The notes: generated from the sequence alone by a model not told the origin. Shown: positions 51,966 to 62,224, counted from the first letter of the stretch. The stretch is DNA of 64,000 nucleotides from a bacterium (GCA_963676395.1 OY781066.1:1056001-1120000); one strand, 5' to 3'. Numbers and translations: made by a program.

Positions 51966-52367
51966 ATGGAATACTTGGGTTCTTGTTTATGCAAAGGAAT
52001 TAAATTTAAAGTTATCGGTGATTTTGAGAGTTTCTATTTATGCCATTGCAGATATTGCAGGAAAGACACCGGGTCTGCTCATGCGGCCAATTTATTTTCT
52101 ACAACAGCAAAAATAGAATGGATAAAAACGGAAACGGAAATTAAGATATTTCAACCGCATAAAAGCAATCATGTGAAGGCCTTTTGTACAAATTGTGGTT
52201 CCGCTCTACCTAATTTGCAAATGGATGGCAAACTTTTAGTCGTTCCGGCAGGATGTTTAGATACTGAATTAGAAAAAAGACCTAATGCACATATTTTCAT
52301 TTCAAATAAAGCAAGTTGGGATGAGTCGCTGGAAAAAATATATAAATTTGAACGTTTCCCAGAATAA
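51966..52367 (+). CDS. GFA (CENP-V) family zinc-binding protein
   Basis: GSCLC, CHCRYCRK.TG, FCTNCGS, HIF...KA.W. Confidence 0.92.
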   Translation: MEYLGSCLCKGIKFKVIGDFESFYLCHCRYCRKDTGSAHAANLFSTTAKIEWIKTETEIKIFQPHKSNHVKAFCTNCGSALPNLQMDGKLLVVPAGCLDTELEKRPNAHIFISNKASWDESLEKIYKFERFPE

Positions 52368-52610
52368 TAAATATAAGTACATCTGCTCCATTTTTTTGCA
52401 GACATCGAGAAACAGCTTAATCAAGATTAATCGATTAGTATTAAAACTTAATGCTTTTTATAAGTAATGGCAGTAAATGTGGTAAATATAAAGGTTTTTA
52501 GCCCGTCTAAAACATTATTAAATATCTTTTTTGTCCCGTTGGGGCTGTTATATTTTTGGGAACGATATACTCCCGGGTTTCGAAATGTTTGACCGCAATG
52601 CGACCCTTTA

Positions 52611-54023
52611 TTATCTTCTAAGGCGATCCGTCAATCGTTCCTCCGCCATTGCGATCAGGTCTGCTGAAGTTTTTTGATGTCGCTTGATTAGATCTTTTTC
52701 ATCCAGCTCGCGGATCTCACCATTCACTACCACATGCTCACCGTTGATGATCACATGGTCGACCGGACTCATGGCAAAGTTAAAGACAATGGCGGCGGCG
52801 GGATCATGCAGTGCGCCGGAGTACTCCAGCTTATCCATGTCGATCAAATTAATGTCGGCACATTTACCGGCTTTGATCTGCCCGATGTCATCTCGTCCCA
52901 ATGCTTTGGCGCCTCCCACCGTTGCCATCCACAGGACTTCTTCGGTGTTAAGCCAATATTTGGGCTCACGGAGTCGGGAAAGCAACATGGCGTTACGGAC
53001 TTCCAACAGCATATTCGAAGAATCGTTCGATGCGGAGCCGTCAACAGCGATGCTCACATTTGCACCGGCTTCGAGCAGTTCTTTTACCCTGCAAATGCCT
53101 GAACCAAGTCGCATGTTCGAAGAGGGACAATGTGAGGTACCGATCTTCATCTTACCGGCTTCGGCGATCTCTTCATCATTTAAAAAGATGGAATGTGCAA
53201 ACCAGGCATAGGGCTTAACCCAGCCCAGAGTTTTCATATAAGCGAATGGTCGTTCGCCACTGCGCTCTATGCAAAATTCTTCTTCATCTTTGGTTTCAGC
53301 AAGATGTGTATGGATCTGCAGGCCGTGTTTCTCGGCAACCTCCACCGTCTTACGCATGGAGTCTTCGGTTACCGAAAAAGGTGAACAGGGCGCTAATGAA
53401 ATTCGCAACATAGAACCAAAAGTATCATCATGATATCTTTCCACCAGTCGTTCGATATCTTCAAAGATCGTTGCTTCACTTTGGATCACATCATCGGGTG
53501 GCAGCCCGCCGTCTTTCTTGCTTAAGGACATTGAGCCCCGCGTGGGTTGAAAACGCATACCCAATTCTTGCGCTGCCTGAATTTCGGAATCGATCAACGT
53601 TCCTTCAGCTTTTTTGGGAAACAGATACAAATGATCGGAGCTGGTAGTACAACCCGATTTCATTAATTCGGCCATAGCCGCTTTGGCGGAAATGTAAAAG
53701 GCTTCTTTGCTGATACCGCGCCAGATCTCATAGTTAGTGATCAACCACTCAAAAAGCTCTGCCTTTTGAGTGGAGTATATATTCCTCGTAAGAGTTTGAA
53801 AAAAGTGATGATGCGTATTCACAAAACCCGGTAGCACCAACATGCGCGAGGCATCGATCACTTTATCGGCTCTCCCGGTAAATTCCTCCGGTCCGGCCGA
53901 AACGATGAGATTATTCTCCATATAGATATGCCCTCCACTAAAGGTATCAAGCACATCATTTGTATTAACATCTTCTTTCATGCGACAGCACAAAAGCGGG
54001 TTTTTAATTAAGATCGAACTCAT
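52611..54023 (-). CDS. 8-oxoguanine deaminase / hydroxydechloroatrazine-type amidohydrolase
   Basis: NTHHHFFQTLTR, DHLY, RGSMS, APCSPFSV, HLAE, VDGSASND. Confidence 0.88.
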   Translation of the reverse strand: MSSILIKNPLLCCRMKEDVNTNDVLDTFSGGHIYMENNLIVSAGPEEFTGRADKVIDASRMLVLPGFVNTHHHFFQTLTRNIYSTQKAELFEWLITNYEIWRGISKEAFYISAKAAMAELMKSGCTTSSDHLYLFPKKAEGTLIDSEIQAAQELGMRFQPTRGSMSLSKKDGGLPPDDVIQSEATIFEDIERLVERYHDDTFGSMLRISLAPCSPFSVTEDSMRKTVEVAEKHGLQIHTHLAETKDEEEFCIERSGERPFAYMKTLGWVKPYAWFAHSIFLNDEEIAEAGKMKIGTSHCPSSNMRLGSGICRVKELLEAGANVSIAVDGSASNDSSNMLLEVRNAMLLSRLREPKYWLNTEEVLWMATVGGAKALGRDDIGQIKAGKCADINLIDMDKLEYSGALHDPAAAIVFNFAMSPVDHVIINGEHVVVNGEIRELDEKDLIKRHQKTSADLIAMAEERLTDRLRR

Positions 54024-54036
54024 ATGTCTGCTCTGT

Positions 54037-55497
54037 TTATTTTAATACTTCTTCGTTAAATGCTGTGATCAATTCGTCAATTTCAGGGACCAATCTATGT
54101 ACAGACTCCCAATATTCTTCGTGATCATACCATTGGGCATTCAGCTCTTTCAAATCCTTACCTTGCTGTTCGATCCAAGTATAGTATTTTAAATTGTGGA
54201 TACGTTTCTTGGCATAATAATCCAGTTCCAACATGTTATCAATGGCAATATTGTTAACCATTTCATAATCCTGAACCGCATTATCATGTACATATGCCCC
54301 GCGTTCTTCTTGAAGCTCTTTGAGACGAGATCCATAAAGCTCGATGGAATCTGTACAAATGGTCGTGACAATATCGTTTTCATTCAGTTCGTAATATTTG
54401 GCAAACTTGATGGCACCCACCAGGTTCCCAATAGAGGAAATACCCAACAATTCCAACTGATCGATCAACTCTTGTTTTACACCTTGCTTACGCAGATACT
54501 CATGACCTTCTTCTTCGTTAAATAAACGCAGCATTCTAATAGTCGCTTCATCATCAACCGCTATAGCCAAATCGGTTTCGCGCACATTGTGGATCCACGG
54601 AATGTGTTTGTCGCCGATGCCTTCGATGCGGTGACCACCGAATCCGTTGTTCAACAAGGTTGGGCATTGCAAGGCTTCCGCAGCGGCAACTTTGAGGTTT
54701 TTAAATTTCTTTTTCAAGAAGTCTCCACAGCCCAGCGTTCCGGCAGAGCCTGAGCTCAGCACGATCCCGGCAAATCTGTCTTTATCACCTTTGACTTTGT
54801 TCATCATTTCAAGAACAGCGTTTCCCGTGACTTCATAATGCCAGAGGTGATTTCCCAATTCATCAAATTGGTTAAAGATCATTATATCATCGCCTCGTGT
54901 TTTTGTCAACTCCCAGCATTTATCAAATATCTCTTTTACATTGCTCTCACATCCGGGTGTTGGAATAACTTCGCCGGCTATCTTTGATAACCATTCAAAA
55001 CGTTCTTGAGACATCTCTTCCGGTAAAATAGCAATAGAATCACAACCCAGTAATGCCGAGTTATAAGCGCCACCACGACAGTAATTGCCCGTGGATGGCC
55101 ATACGGCTTTTTGCGTTGTAGGATCGTACTGACCGGTTACCAGACGGGGTGCGATACAACCGTACGTTGCGCCGACTTTATGAGCACCGGTCGGAAACCA
55201 TTTGCCAACCAAGGCAAAGATCTTTGCTTTTACGCCGGTCAGTTCCGATGGTAATTCAATGTAATTCGGTTCACCGAAACCGCCGCCGCTATGGACGGGT
55301 TCGTTCTTCCACGTAATCCGGAAAAGGTTTCTGGGATGAACATCCCAAAGTCCAATTGACTTTAATTCTTCTTTATATTTATCTGGAATTAAATTCGGGT
55401 CTTTCATCTGCGCGTAGGTTGGATAAATAATGTTCATCTCTTTCGCTCGCTGCGCGTTGATCTTGATCTGTTTTGGGTTAAGGGTTAAATCGATCAT
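54037..55497 (-). CDS. Fold-type II PLP enzyme (cysteine-synthase-like)
   Basis: FPTGAHKVG, STGNY, NQF, GSAGT, IEGIG. Confidence 0.8.
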   Translation of the reverse strand: MIDLTLNPKQIKINAQRAKEMNIIYPTYAQMKDPNLIPDKYKEELKSIGLWDVHPRNLFRITWKNEPVHSGGGFGEPNYIELPSELTGVKAKIFALVGKWFPTGAHKVGATYGCIAPRLVTGQYDPTTQKAVWPSTGNYCRGGAYNSALLGCDSIAILPEEMSQERFEWLSKIAGEVIPTPGCESNVKEIFDKCWELTKTRGDDIMIFNQFDELGNHLWHYEVTGNAVLEMMNKVKGDKDRFAGIVLSSGSAGTLGCGDFLKKKFKNLKVAAAEALQCPTLLNNGFGGHRIEGIGDKHIPWIHNVRETDLAIAVDDEATIRMLRLFNEEEGHEYLRKQGVKQELIDQLELLGISSIGNLVGAIKFAKYYELNENDIVTTICTDSIELYGSRLKELQEERGAYVHDNAVQDYEMVNNIAIDNMLELDYYAKKRIHNLKYYTWIEQQGKDLKELNAQWYDHEEYWESVHRLVPEIDELITAFNEEVLK

Positions 55498-55508
55498 GTT
55501 TGCCTCAT

Positions 55509-55982
55509 CTATTTAAGCGTTATTAATTTTGTTTGTCCTCTGAGTTCAAATTCATCGTGAAATTCATCGATCAAAGTAGGTCTCAGGGTCAGAAAAAGAT
55601 CACTGTCTTTTTCTATCAATTCTTTAACTTCTTTATAAAATCCTTTTTTTTGCCATAGTTCTATGGGACCGATCTCGTCAATATACACCGGGCCGTTTTT
55701 TATATCTTTCACTATTCTCTTAGCAAAAAGCATTCCCTGTCCGGAAAATGAAAACCGGCCTATCTCACAGCATTCGTCCCAATCCTCGGAGATAGCGCTC
55801 TTTAATCTTATAAAAGAACGTCTTTTGCCACTCTTCAAGTGATAAAGATCATATCCAATGCATCGCTCATTTTCAAAATGCTTCAGAGATAAAAACCCGT
55901 CACCTTTCGCTTCTTGTTCAAAATGCTTTTTCAAATAACTTGTTTTTCCGGAATCAATATCTCCGCAGATAATCGTGATCAT
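55509..55982 (-). CDS. P-loop NTPase (NTPase_1/DUF2478-like)
   Basis: GDIDSGKT, IDEIGPIE. Confidence 0.7.
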   Translation of the reverse strand: MITIICGDIDSGKTSYLKKHFEQEAKGDGFLSLKHFENERCIGYDLYHLKSGKRRSFIRLKSAISEDWDECCEIGRFSFSGQGMLFAKRIVKDIKNGPVYIDEIGPIELWQKKGFYKEVKELIEKDSDLFLTLRPTLIDEFHDEFELRGQTKLITLK

Positions 55983-55983
55983 A

Positions 55984-56778
55984 TTAATCCCGCAAATGTT
56001 TCACTTTTTTATTATTTGCCACTGCCTGCATCTCGGAAATAATTGATATGGCAATTTCATGTGGTAAAGTTCCGCCTATACTCAATCCTGCCGGTGTATA
56101 TAAGGTATCAATATTTGCTTCCGGAAATGCCTGAAGTAATTCGTCTGTCATGCGTTTCTTTTTCGTACGCGAAGAAACCAAACCCACATATTTCGGTTTC
56201 CAATCAGAGCCATATATTTTGTGCAATACAACACCATCGTATTTATGTTGGTAGGTTGCAATCACGTAAAAAGCATCCTTTTCCACTATACGATCACTCA
56301 AGGCATCAACAAATGGAGCGTGGATCTTTTCGTCGACATCAGGTATCTGGGCCAACACATCTTCACGATCATCGATTAAACAAATATGATAATTCAACTG
56401 CTTTAAATGATAGCTCAATGCCTTACCGATATGTCCTGCACCAAAGATGTAAACAAATTTTTTGGGGGCAAAATACTCAAAGAACAAGGTTGCCGTTCCT
56501 CCGCATATCATGCCGGTATCGGTGCCTTTTCCAGGCTCATTCATATTATAGGTTTCCGTGCAGTTCTTCTTGATTTCAAACAGACCCATTGCTTTTTCAA
56601 TGGCCATCTTCTCAATGCTTCCGCCGCCGACCGTACCGGAAATCTTACCGTCCGGATACACGATCATTTTGGTTCCGGTCGCCGCGGGTCCTGAACCTTC
56701 CTTGGCTATTACCGTGACGAGAACACCGCATATGCTGCCTTCAGCCAGATCTAATAATTCCATGTATAAACTTTTCAC
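55984..56778 (-). CDS. XdhC/CoxF molybdoenzyme maturation factor
   Basis: GS.P...G.KM, GTVGGG, MICGG, FGAGH, PAGL.IG..P.EIAISI. Confidence 0.9.
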   Translation of the reverse strand: MKSLYMELLDLAEGSICGVLVTVIAKEGSGPAATGTKMIVYPDGKISGTVGGGSIEKMAIEKAMGLFEIKKNCTETYNMNEPGKGTDTGMICGGTATLFFEYFAPKKFVYIFGAGHIGKALSYHLKQLNYHICLIDDREDVLAQIPDVDEKIHAPFVDALSDRIVEKDAFYVIATYQHKYDGVVLHKIYGSDWKPKYVGLVSSRTKKKRMTDELLQAFPEANIDTLYTPAGLSIGGTLPHEIAISIISEMQAVANNKKVKHLRD

Positions 56779-57500
56779 TCGTAATCCTCTTTAAATAAAC
56801 TGATCATTTCTATGCCTTTTAAATGGCGAGTCGGCGTTGCCTGAAGTACATATTTCTTAGCGATTTCATAATCTGTTATCAATGTGCCCGAAACCATATC
56901 CATACCATATTCGAATAGTATTGGAGAGAGCGGTGTGGTGGGCCCCAGTATAACATTGTAACTTCTCTCAGGAAGATTTTCCAGTATGCCATCAAAGGTA
57001 TGATTTGTAATGGATGTGGCTGTTAATGCGGCAACATCTACCTTAGGCAAGAATTTGGGGATATCCGATTCTGTATGATCGCCCGGATGAGGCTGTTTCT
57101 CAAAAATATAACATTTCCTGTAGTGAGCTTTTTGATCATCCAAAAAAGGGAAATGCCCAATAATACCAAGCACCTTATTCTTACCTTTTTCGCTGATGAC
57201 TTTCTTTGCATTTACCACACGATATTTGCCGATGGTCTTCGAGAGTCCACAATTGATCGCCGCCATACCGATGGAAGCTTCCAGTAAATTATCTGAGAGT
57301 GCGTACCTTGCCAATTCTTTTAAATTCAAATCCTCGAGATTTCCGGCTTTTGTCACATTCACGCCATGACCGCAATATTTAATAGTCGAGGCAATCCCGC
57401 ACATTTCCTGTGTTTTAACCAATACAGAATGAACGCCAATGATCACTTCTTGGACGTCAAGCTCCTCAATGTCTGAAATTAATCGTTCGAGTAGTTTCAT
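56775..57500 (-). CDS. DUF364 Rossmann-like protein
   Basis: ASIGMAAIN, IGHFP, TATSI.N.T, GPTTPL. Confidence 0.8.
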   Translation of the reverse strand: MKLLERLISDIEELDVQEVIIGVHSVLVKTQEMCGIASTIKYCGHGVNVTKAGNLEDLNLKELARYALSDNLLEASIGMAAINCGLSKTIGKYRVVNAKKVISEKGKNKVLGIIGHFPFLDDQKAHYRKCYIFEKQPHPGDHTESDIPKFLPKVDVAALTATSITNHTFDGILENLPERSYNVILGPTTPLSPILFEYGMDMVSGTLITDYEIAKKYVLQATPTRHLKGIEMISLFKEDYE

Positions 57501-58121
57501 TTAAAAGATCAATGAATTGGTAACTTCGAGACTCAAGGCCAATACCAGCGATAAAACCGGCAAAGCAAAAGACATGGTTTCAGAATTTCTTTTCCATTCA
57601 AGCGCTTCTTCATTCTTGAGATAAAGAGCAACGAGTCCGGCACTTACAATGGCATTCGTTGCGATAAACATTATAGACTGAGCCAAAGGAAGATTATTCA
57701 AACCCATCTCAGGCTTGAACACCAATGTTTGCAGAAGGGTAAAAGCCACAATCCAGCCTAAACCGACAAGAAATGACGATAAAACGATCTTGCGCCCTTT
57801 GTATGCATAAACAAAAGCAAACACAACCAACCCTTCTAAAAGGATGGAGATCGCGGGATTGACCACAGACATAGGTGAACGCGTTGGCAAAGCCAGATCG
57901 ATCAACTTAATCGATGCGGCTATCATAGATACCCACAAAACTGCCTGTGTTTTGTTGCTTTTCTTGTAAGCGTTATACATAAAATACATGCCAATGGGAA
58001 ACATGAACATACCGGACATACCATGAGGTAAAAGGTGTAAAACATAACCAAGTGTTGCTTCGGCAACCCCCCAAAGTGCTCCCATAAACAAGATCATTAA
58101 AATTGCTGATTTGTTTTTCAT
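57501..58121 (-). CDS. Hypothetical membrane protein
   Basis: About six TM helices; GALWG..EATLG.LH, NPA.SI.LE. Confidence 0.7.
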   Translation of the reverse strand: MKNKSAILMILFMGALWGVAEATLGYVLHLLPHGMSGMFMFPIGMYFMYNAYKKSNKTQAVLWVSMIAASIKLIDLALPTRSPMSVVNPAISILLEGLVVFAFVYAYKGRKIVLSSFLVGLGWIVAFTLLQTLVFKPEMGLNNLPLAQSIMFIATNAIVSAGLVALYLKNEEALEWKRNSETMSFALPVLSLVLALSLEVTNSLIF

Positions 58122-58139
58122 TGTATTCTCTCCATTTTA

Positions 58140-58985
58140 CTATTGGTTTAAACTTTCTATAAAATCTTTGATCATGCGCAAACTGACCACATTGCGATAT
58201 TTCGCGGTTGAACGAGCGTCATCAATGGGCTTGATCAACATATCATAATCAGCCAAGATCCTTGATACATCTTCATTCAATTCCTTAACTGTTCTGTTTT
58301 TTAATTTATTATCTATGTCTGTAGAATGCACGATCTTCGCGGAAACCGACCCCAGGGCAATGCGAATATCAACAACTTTTCCATCCTGTACATCGGCAAG
58401 ACCCAGCATAGACGCTTTAGTTAAACTCATGCCTTTACGCTGTCCCAGCTTTCGATAATAATTATATTCATACACTTTATTCGGAATGATAATATCCGTG
58501 ACAAGTTCATCCGCTTTTAAGCAAGTCTTTTTCAAACCGACAATAAACTCATCCATACTAACGGTTCTTGAACTCTTAGCATTCTGCAGAACGATCTTAG
58601 CATCGACCGCATAAAGGTAAGGCAGTGTATCTCCGGCAGGTGAGGCATTACAAACATTTCCTGCAAGGGTTGCCATATTGCGAGTTGGTGGTGACGCCAT
58701 TTTTTGGATCATGTCTCTGAAAACCTTGGGAACGATCTCGTTTTCGACGATATCAGTCAAAACAGCACAAGCACCCATATGGATCTGATCACCTTCAACA
58801 TAGATCTTTTTTAATTCTTCAAGATGATCAATGAACAAGAGCGGTTTGTCAAACTTCGGCGCCAAGGCGAATCCCCGGGCACGCTGGACCATAAGATCCG
58901 TACCACCGGCCATGACCGTACACTCTTGCTTGGCTAAAATATTCAGTGCTTCATGTAAATTATCAGGACGAATGCCATCTACCAT
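58140..58985 (-). CDS. Xanthine dehydrogenase family FAD-binding subunit
   Basis: AGGTDL, RN.AT..GN..NASPAGD, PIDD.RS...YR; start ATG 58985 overlaps the upstream stop. Confidence 0.9.
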   Translation of the reverse strand: MVDGIRPDNLHEALNILAKQECTVMAGGTDLMVQRARGFALAPKFDKPLLFIDHLEELKKIYVEGDQIHMGACAVLTDIVENEIVPKVFRDMIQKMASPPTRNMATLAGNVCNASPAGDTLPYLYAVDAKIVLQNAKSSRTVSMDEFIVGLKKTCLKADELVTDIIIPNKVYEYNYYRKLGQRKGMSLTKASMLGLADVQDGKVVDIRIALGSVSAKIVHSTDIDNKLKNRTVKELNEDVSRILADYDMLIKPIDDARSTAKYRNVVSLRMIKDFIESLNQ

Positions 58986-59452
58986 AAGCCTTCTCCTATT
59001 TCCATTGCCATGCGAACACCTTTGATGATCATATTGTATCCCGTACAACGACACAAATTGCCGGAGAGACCTTCCTTGATCTCCTCGTCTGTGGGGTTCG
59101 GATTTGCGTTTAACAGCGATTCGGTGGAAATCACAAAACCCGGCGTACAAAAACCACACTGAACCGAACCTGCTTTCAAGTAACCTTTTTCAATAGCTTT
59201 GTAGCGCTCAGTGTGTTTAAAACCTTCGAGTGTGACAACAGATTTCCCGATAACTGCGCCTGCCGGCAACATACAAGAATTCACGGAGCGTCCGTTAACC
59301 AACACAACACAAGCCCCACACTCACCTTCGCCGCAACCTTCTTTAACACTTTTCATACCAAGGTCATCACGCAGTAAATCCAGCAATCGCCGACCTGCAT
59401 CCACATCTATTTTTATCGCTTTATCATTTAATGTAAATTCAACACGCATCAT
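58979..59452 (-). CDS. Xanthine dehydrogenase family [2Fe-2S] subunit
   Basis: GCGEGECGAC, QCGFCTPG, GNLCRCTGY. Confidence 0.95.
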   Translation of the reverse strand: MMRVEFTLNDKAIKIDVDAGRRLLDLLRDDLGMKSVKEGCGEGECGACVVLVNGRSVNSCMLPAGAVIGKSVVTLEGFKHTERYKAIEKGYLKAGSVQCGFCTPGFVISTESLLNANPNPTDEEIKEGLSGNLCRCTGYNMIIKGVRMAMEIGEGLW

Positions 59453-61532
59453 TTTTCTCCAATAATGTCTCGGGCTTAATAGGTAAATGATTGATCGGTT
59501 TGCCTATAGCATTTGCAACCGCTTCGGCTACGGCAGGAGGAGACCCGACAAAAGATAATTCGCCGGCACATTTAGCACCAAAAGGACCGAATTCATAGGG
59601 ATTTAATACAAAATCACACTCTATCTCTGCGGCGTCCATTGAGGTCGGAATTTTATAATCGGTCAAATTTCCATGAACCAATTTCCCTTCCCGCGACTCC
59701 ATCACTTCGATACTCGCCCATCCGACTCCCTGTGCAATACCACCTTCCATCTGGCCAATAAGCGCGCGCTCATCAATAGGCACACCCACATCATAGACGG
59801 CATAGATTTTTTTGATCGTTAATTCATAGGTGACCGGGTCGATGTCAACTTCCGCCACATTAGCACCCCAGGAATGAACGGGATAACAATCCCCTTTAAA
59901 ATGTTCATCATCCCAAGATAAATATTTTGGGTGCTCATAGCGTTTGCTTAATTCAAAACTATCCTCATCCCAGCGTTTTTTCATTTCAAGTGCGGTATCC
60001 CGAAGTAAGCCACCTACGATCATCGTTGTACGCGATGCCACCGTGGGGCCCGAATCGGGGATCAATCCGGTATCGACTTTTTCGTAGATCACGTTTTCAA
60101 TAGGGATCTCAATGGTTTCGGCCACGATCTTTCGCAAAGCAGTCTCGGCACCTTGTCCCATCTCAACGCTGGAAACTTTTAGAGTAACGCTATCACCCTT
60201 CTTGACTAAAATAATTTTACCATTGATCATGGTCTCGCCTTTGCCCGTAAAACCACAGCCATGCAAAAAAAGCGAAATACCAATACCCTGATATTTTTTA
60301 TTATTCTTGAGCTTGGTATAGTAATCGGAATTCTTGACGATCTTTTCAACGATCTCGGGCAACACAACTTTCTCACGAACCTGTCCACCGGTACAGGTAG
60401 GATCGCCTTGTTTTAGGATGTGCTGCATTTTGTATTCAAGCGGATCGAGTCCAAGCTTGATCGCGATATTATGAAAAAGCATTTCTAAAGCGAATAATGA
60501 TTGCGGCGCACCGAAACCGCGATAGGCTCCGGAAGGCAGAGAATTGGTCATATAATTTCGACCGCGCACATTCAAATGCTTGATATTGTACACATTGGTT
60601 GCAGAAAAAATAGCACGCTGAAGCACCACGGGAGATAAACCATTGTAAGCACCGGCATTCAACATGATATCAATATCCAAAGCAACAATATGATTATTTT
60701 TATCAAGCGCCGCTTTAATATGGGTCTTTGAAGGATGTCGCTTGGTGGAACACATCACATCTTCATCACGATCATAGATCATCATCACCGGCAATCCGAT
60801 TTTCTTTGTAGCAACAGCAACGTGGCAACCGTTCAACGAAGGGAACTCTTCCTTGCCGCCAAAGGCTCCACCGGTAACCGACTGCACAACCCGGATCTTA
60901 TCCTCGGGTAAATCCATGGCTTCGAGCAAAGCACCTTTAACATAAAAAGGACATTGCATAGAACCGTAGACAAAAAGCGTATCGTCTTTCATTTCGGCGG
61001 CGATACCATTTGGTTCCAAATAAACATGTTCCTGGTATCCTGTACTAAATGTATCTTCAAAAATTTGGTCGGCATTTTCAAATGCCTTTTCAGGATCTTC
61101 TTTTTTATAGTTGTAATCTGTAAAAACGGTAGATTTTTCAATGGCATCTTCCAGAGTAAAGAGGGCCTCCTCTTCCTCATACGTGATCTTGATCTTTGAA
61201 GCAATGGAATAAATAATTTCACGATCGGGACCAACGACCAGCAAAATGGGCTGTCCTATATACTGTACATCATCCTCCGCAAAAAGCGGATGATCGGACA
61301 CCACGGTTCTCATTCTGTTTGCACCCGGCACATCGTTCTTATCTACTATGAAGTAGCCATCCGGGATCTCGGGAATTTCTATAGATAAGATCTTTGCCTT
61401 CGGCTTTTCACTACGAATAGTCTTTGCATAAAGCAAATTATCGAACGACCAATCGGAAATATACTCGGCTTCACCCCGAAGTTTTTTTCTGGAATCTACT
61501 CGTAAAATTGATTTGCTGATTTTTTGCTTCAT
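59439..61532 (-). CDS. Xanthine dehydrogenase family molybdopterin-binding subunit
   Basis: GGAFGGKE, AYRGFGAPQ, EMGQG, GPTVASR, GQMEGG, GAKCAGE. Confidence 0.93.
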   Translation of the reverse strand: MKQKISKSILRVDSRKKLRGEAEYISDWSFDNLLYAKTIRSEKPKAKILSIEIPEIPDGYFIVDKNDVPGANRMRTVVSDHPLFAEDDVQYIGQPILLVVGPDREIIYSIASKIKITYEEEEALFTLEDAIEKSTVFTDYNYKKEDPEKAFENADQIFEDTFSTGYQEHVYLEPNGIAAEMKDDTLFVYGSMQCPFYVKGALLEAMDLPEDKIRVVQSVTGGAFGGKEEFPSLNGCHVAVATKKIGLPVMMIYDRDEDVMCSTKRHPSKTHIKAALDKNNHIVALDIDIMLNAGAYNGLSPVVLQRAIFSATNVYNIKHLNVRGRNYMTNSLPSGAYRGFGAPQSLFALEMLFHNIAIKLGLDPLEYKMQHILKQGDPTCTGGQVREKVVLPEIVEKIVKNSDYYTKLKNNKKYQGIGISLFLHGCGFTGKGETMINGKIILVKKGDSVTLKVSSVEMGQGAETALRKIVAETIEIPIENVIYEKVDTGLIPDSGPTVASRTTMIVGGLLRDTALEMKKRWDEDSFELSKRYEHPKYLSWDDEHFKGDCYPVHSWGANVAEVDIDPVTYELTIKKIYAVYDVGVPIDERALIGQMEGGIAQGVGWASIEVMESREGKLVHGNLTDYKIPTSMDAAEIECDFVLNPYEFGPFGAKCAGELSFVGSPPAVAEAVANAIGKPINHLPIKPETLLEKNDAC

Positions 61533-61568
61533 ATTTAACTCTTAACTGTGTGTAAGAAAATATCCAAA

Positions 61569-61605
61569 TTGTCATCTCTCCACTGCGCTCCGGTCGAGAT
61601 GACAA
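61569..61605. repeat. Short GTCAT...ATGAC palindromic element
   Basis: TTGTCATCTC ... GAGATGACAA; shares TCTCCACT..CGGTCGARATGACA with 44910-44932. Confidence 0.65.
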
Positions 61606-61630
61606 AAAACATTTTTTCAAAATTTAACCT

Positions 61631-62224
61631 TTATTTACCACCCTCAAGAAACACATCCCTGTAATAACATTTTATCATCTCATAATCTTCGGCAGTATCC
61701 ACATCCAGTCCGATACCGGCATCATCCACATCCACGATCGCTACATCCTTTTTACTATGAATATAATTTCGTAAAATTTCTGTGTCCTCCCAAGATAATA
61801 TTTCCTTAGCGAGTTTTGAGTTAAATAACGCCGGATGTCCTTTCTTGCCTTTGTACCTTGGAATAACAATATCAGCATCTTTGTTCAATAATATCTTAAA
61901 GGTTTCTTTTTTTACCACCGGTTGATCTCCGGGAATAATAAGAAAGCGATCTGATGTCACCTCTTTAATACCTCGCCTCACGGAGGAAAACATGCCCAGG
62001 TCGAAGTTCTCGTTCTTTACAACATCTACTTTTGGTAGATCTTGTGTCAAATCACGGATAACATCGATCTGATACCCACCCACAACGATAATATTTTCGC
62101 AAAGATCACTCATACTTTCGATACAGCGTTGCAAAATACTCTTGCCATAAAGATCAAGGGCGGGTTTAAAATCACCCACGCGTGAAGAATATCCGGCGGC
62201 TAATATAATGGCATCGATTGTCAT
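61631..62224 (-). CDS. Molybdenum cofactor cytidylyltransferase (MocA/YgfJ-like)
   Basis: ILAAG.SSR, GMFSS, PGDQP, GHP, DVDT. Confidence 0.85.
   Translation of the reverse strand: MTIDAIILAAGYSSRVGDFKPALDLYGKSILQRCIESMSDLCENIIVVGGYQIDVIRDLTQDLPKVDVVKNENFDLGMFSSVRRGIKEVTSDRFLIIPGDQPVVKKETFKILLNKDADIVIPRYKGKKGHPALFNSKLAKEILSWEDTEILRNYIHSKKDVAIVDVDDAGIGLDVDTAEDYEMIKCYYRDVFLEGGK

Larger units (their letters stand above)
47841..52400 (+). mobile_element. Integron gene-cassette array with no integrase in the window (CALIN-like)
   Basis: Co-oriented AT-rich ORFs separated by two related 131-bp imperfect palindromes with AAC...GTT core sites. Confidence 0.82.

Noticed and set aside
52500..52610. 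REP-like fragment or IS end at the right border of the array
   Set aside because: GC-richer patches (GTCCCGTTGGGGC, CCCGGG) but no clear inverted pair or target duplication matching the left border
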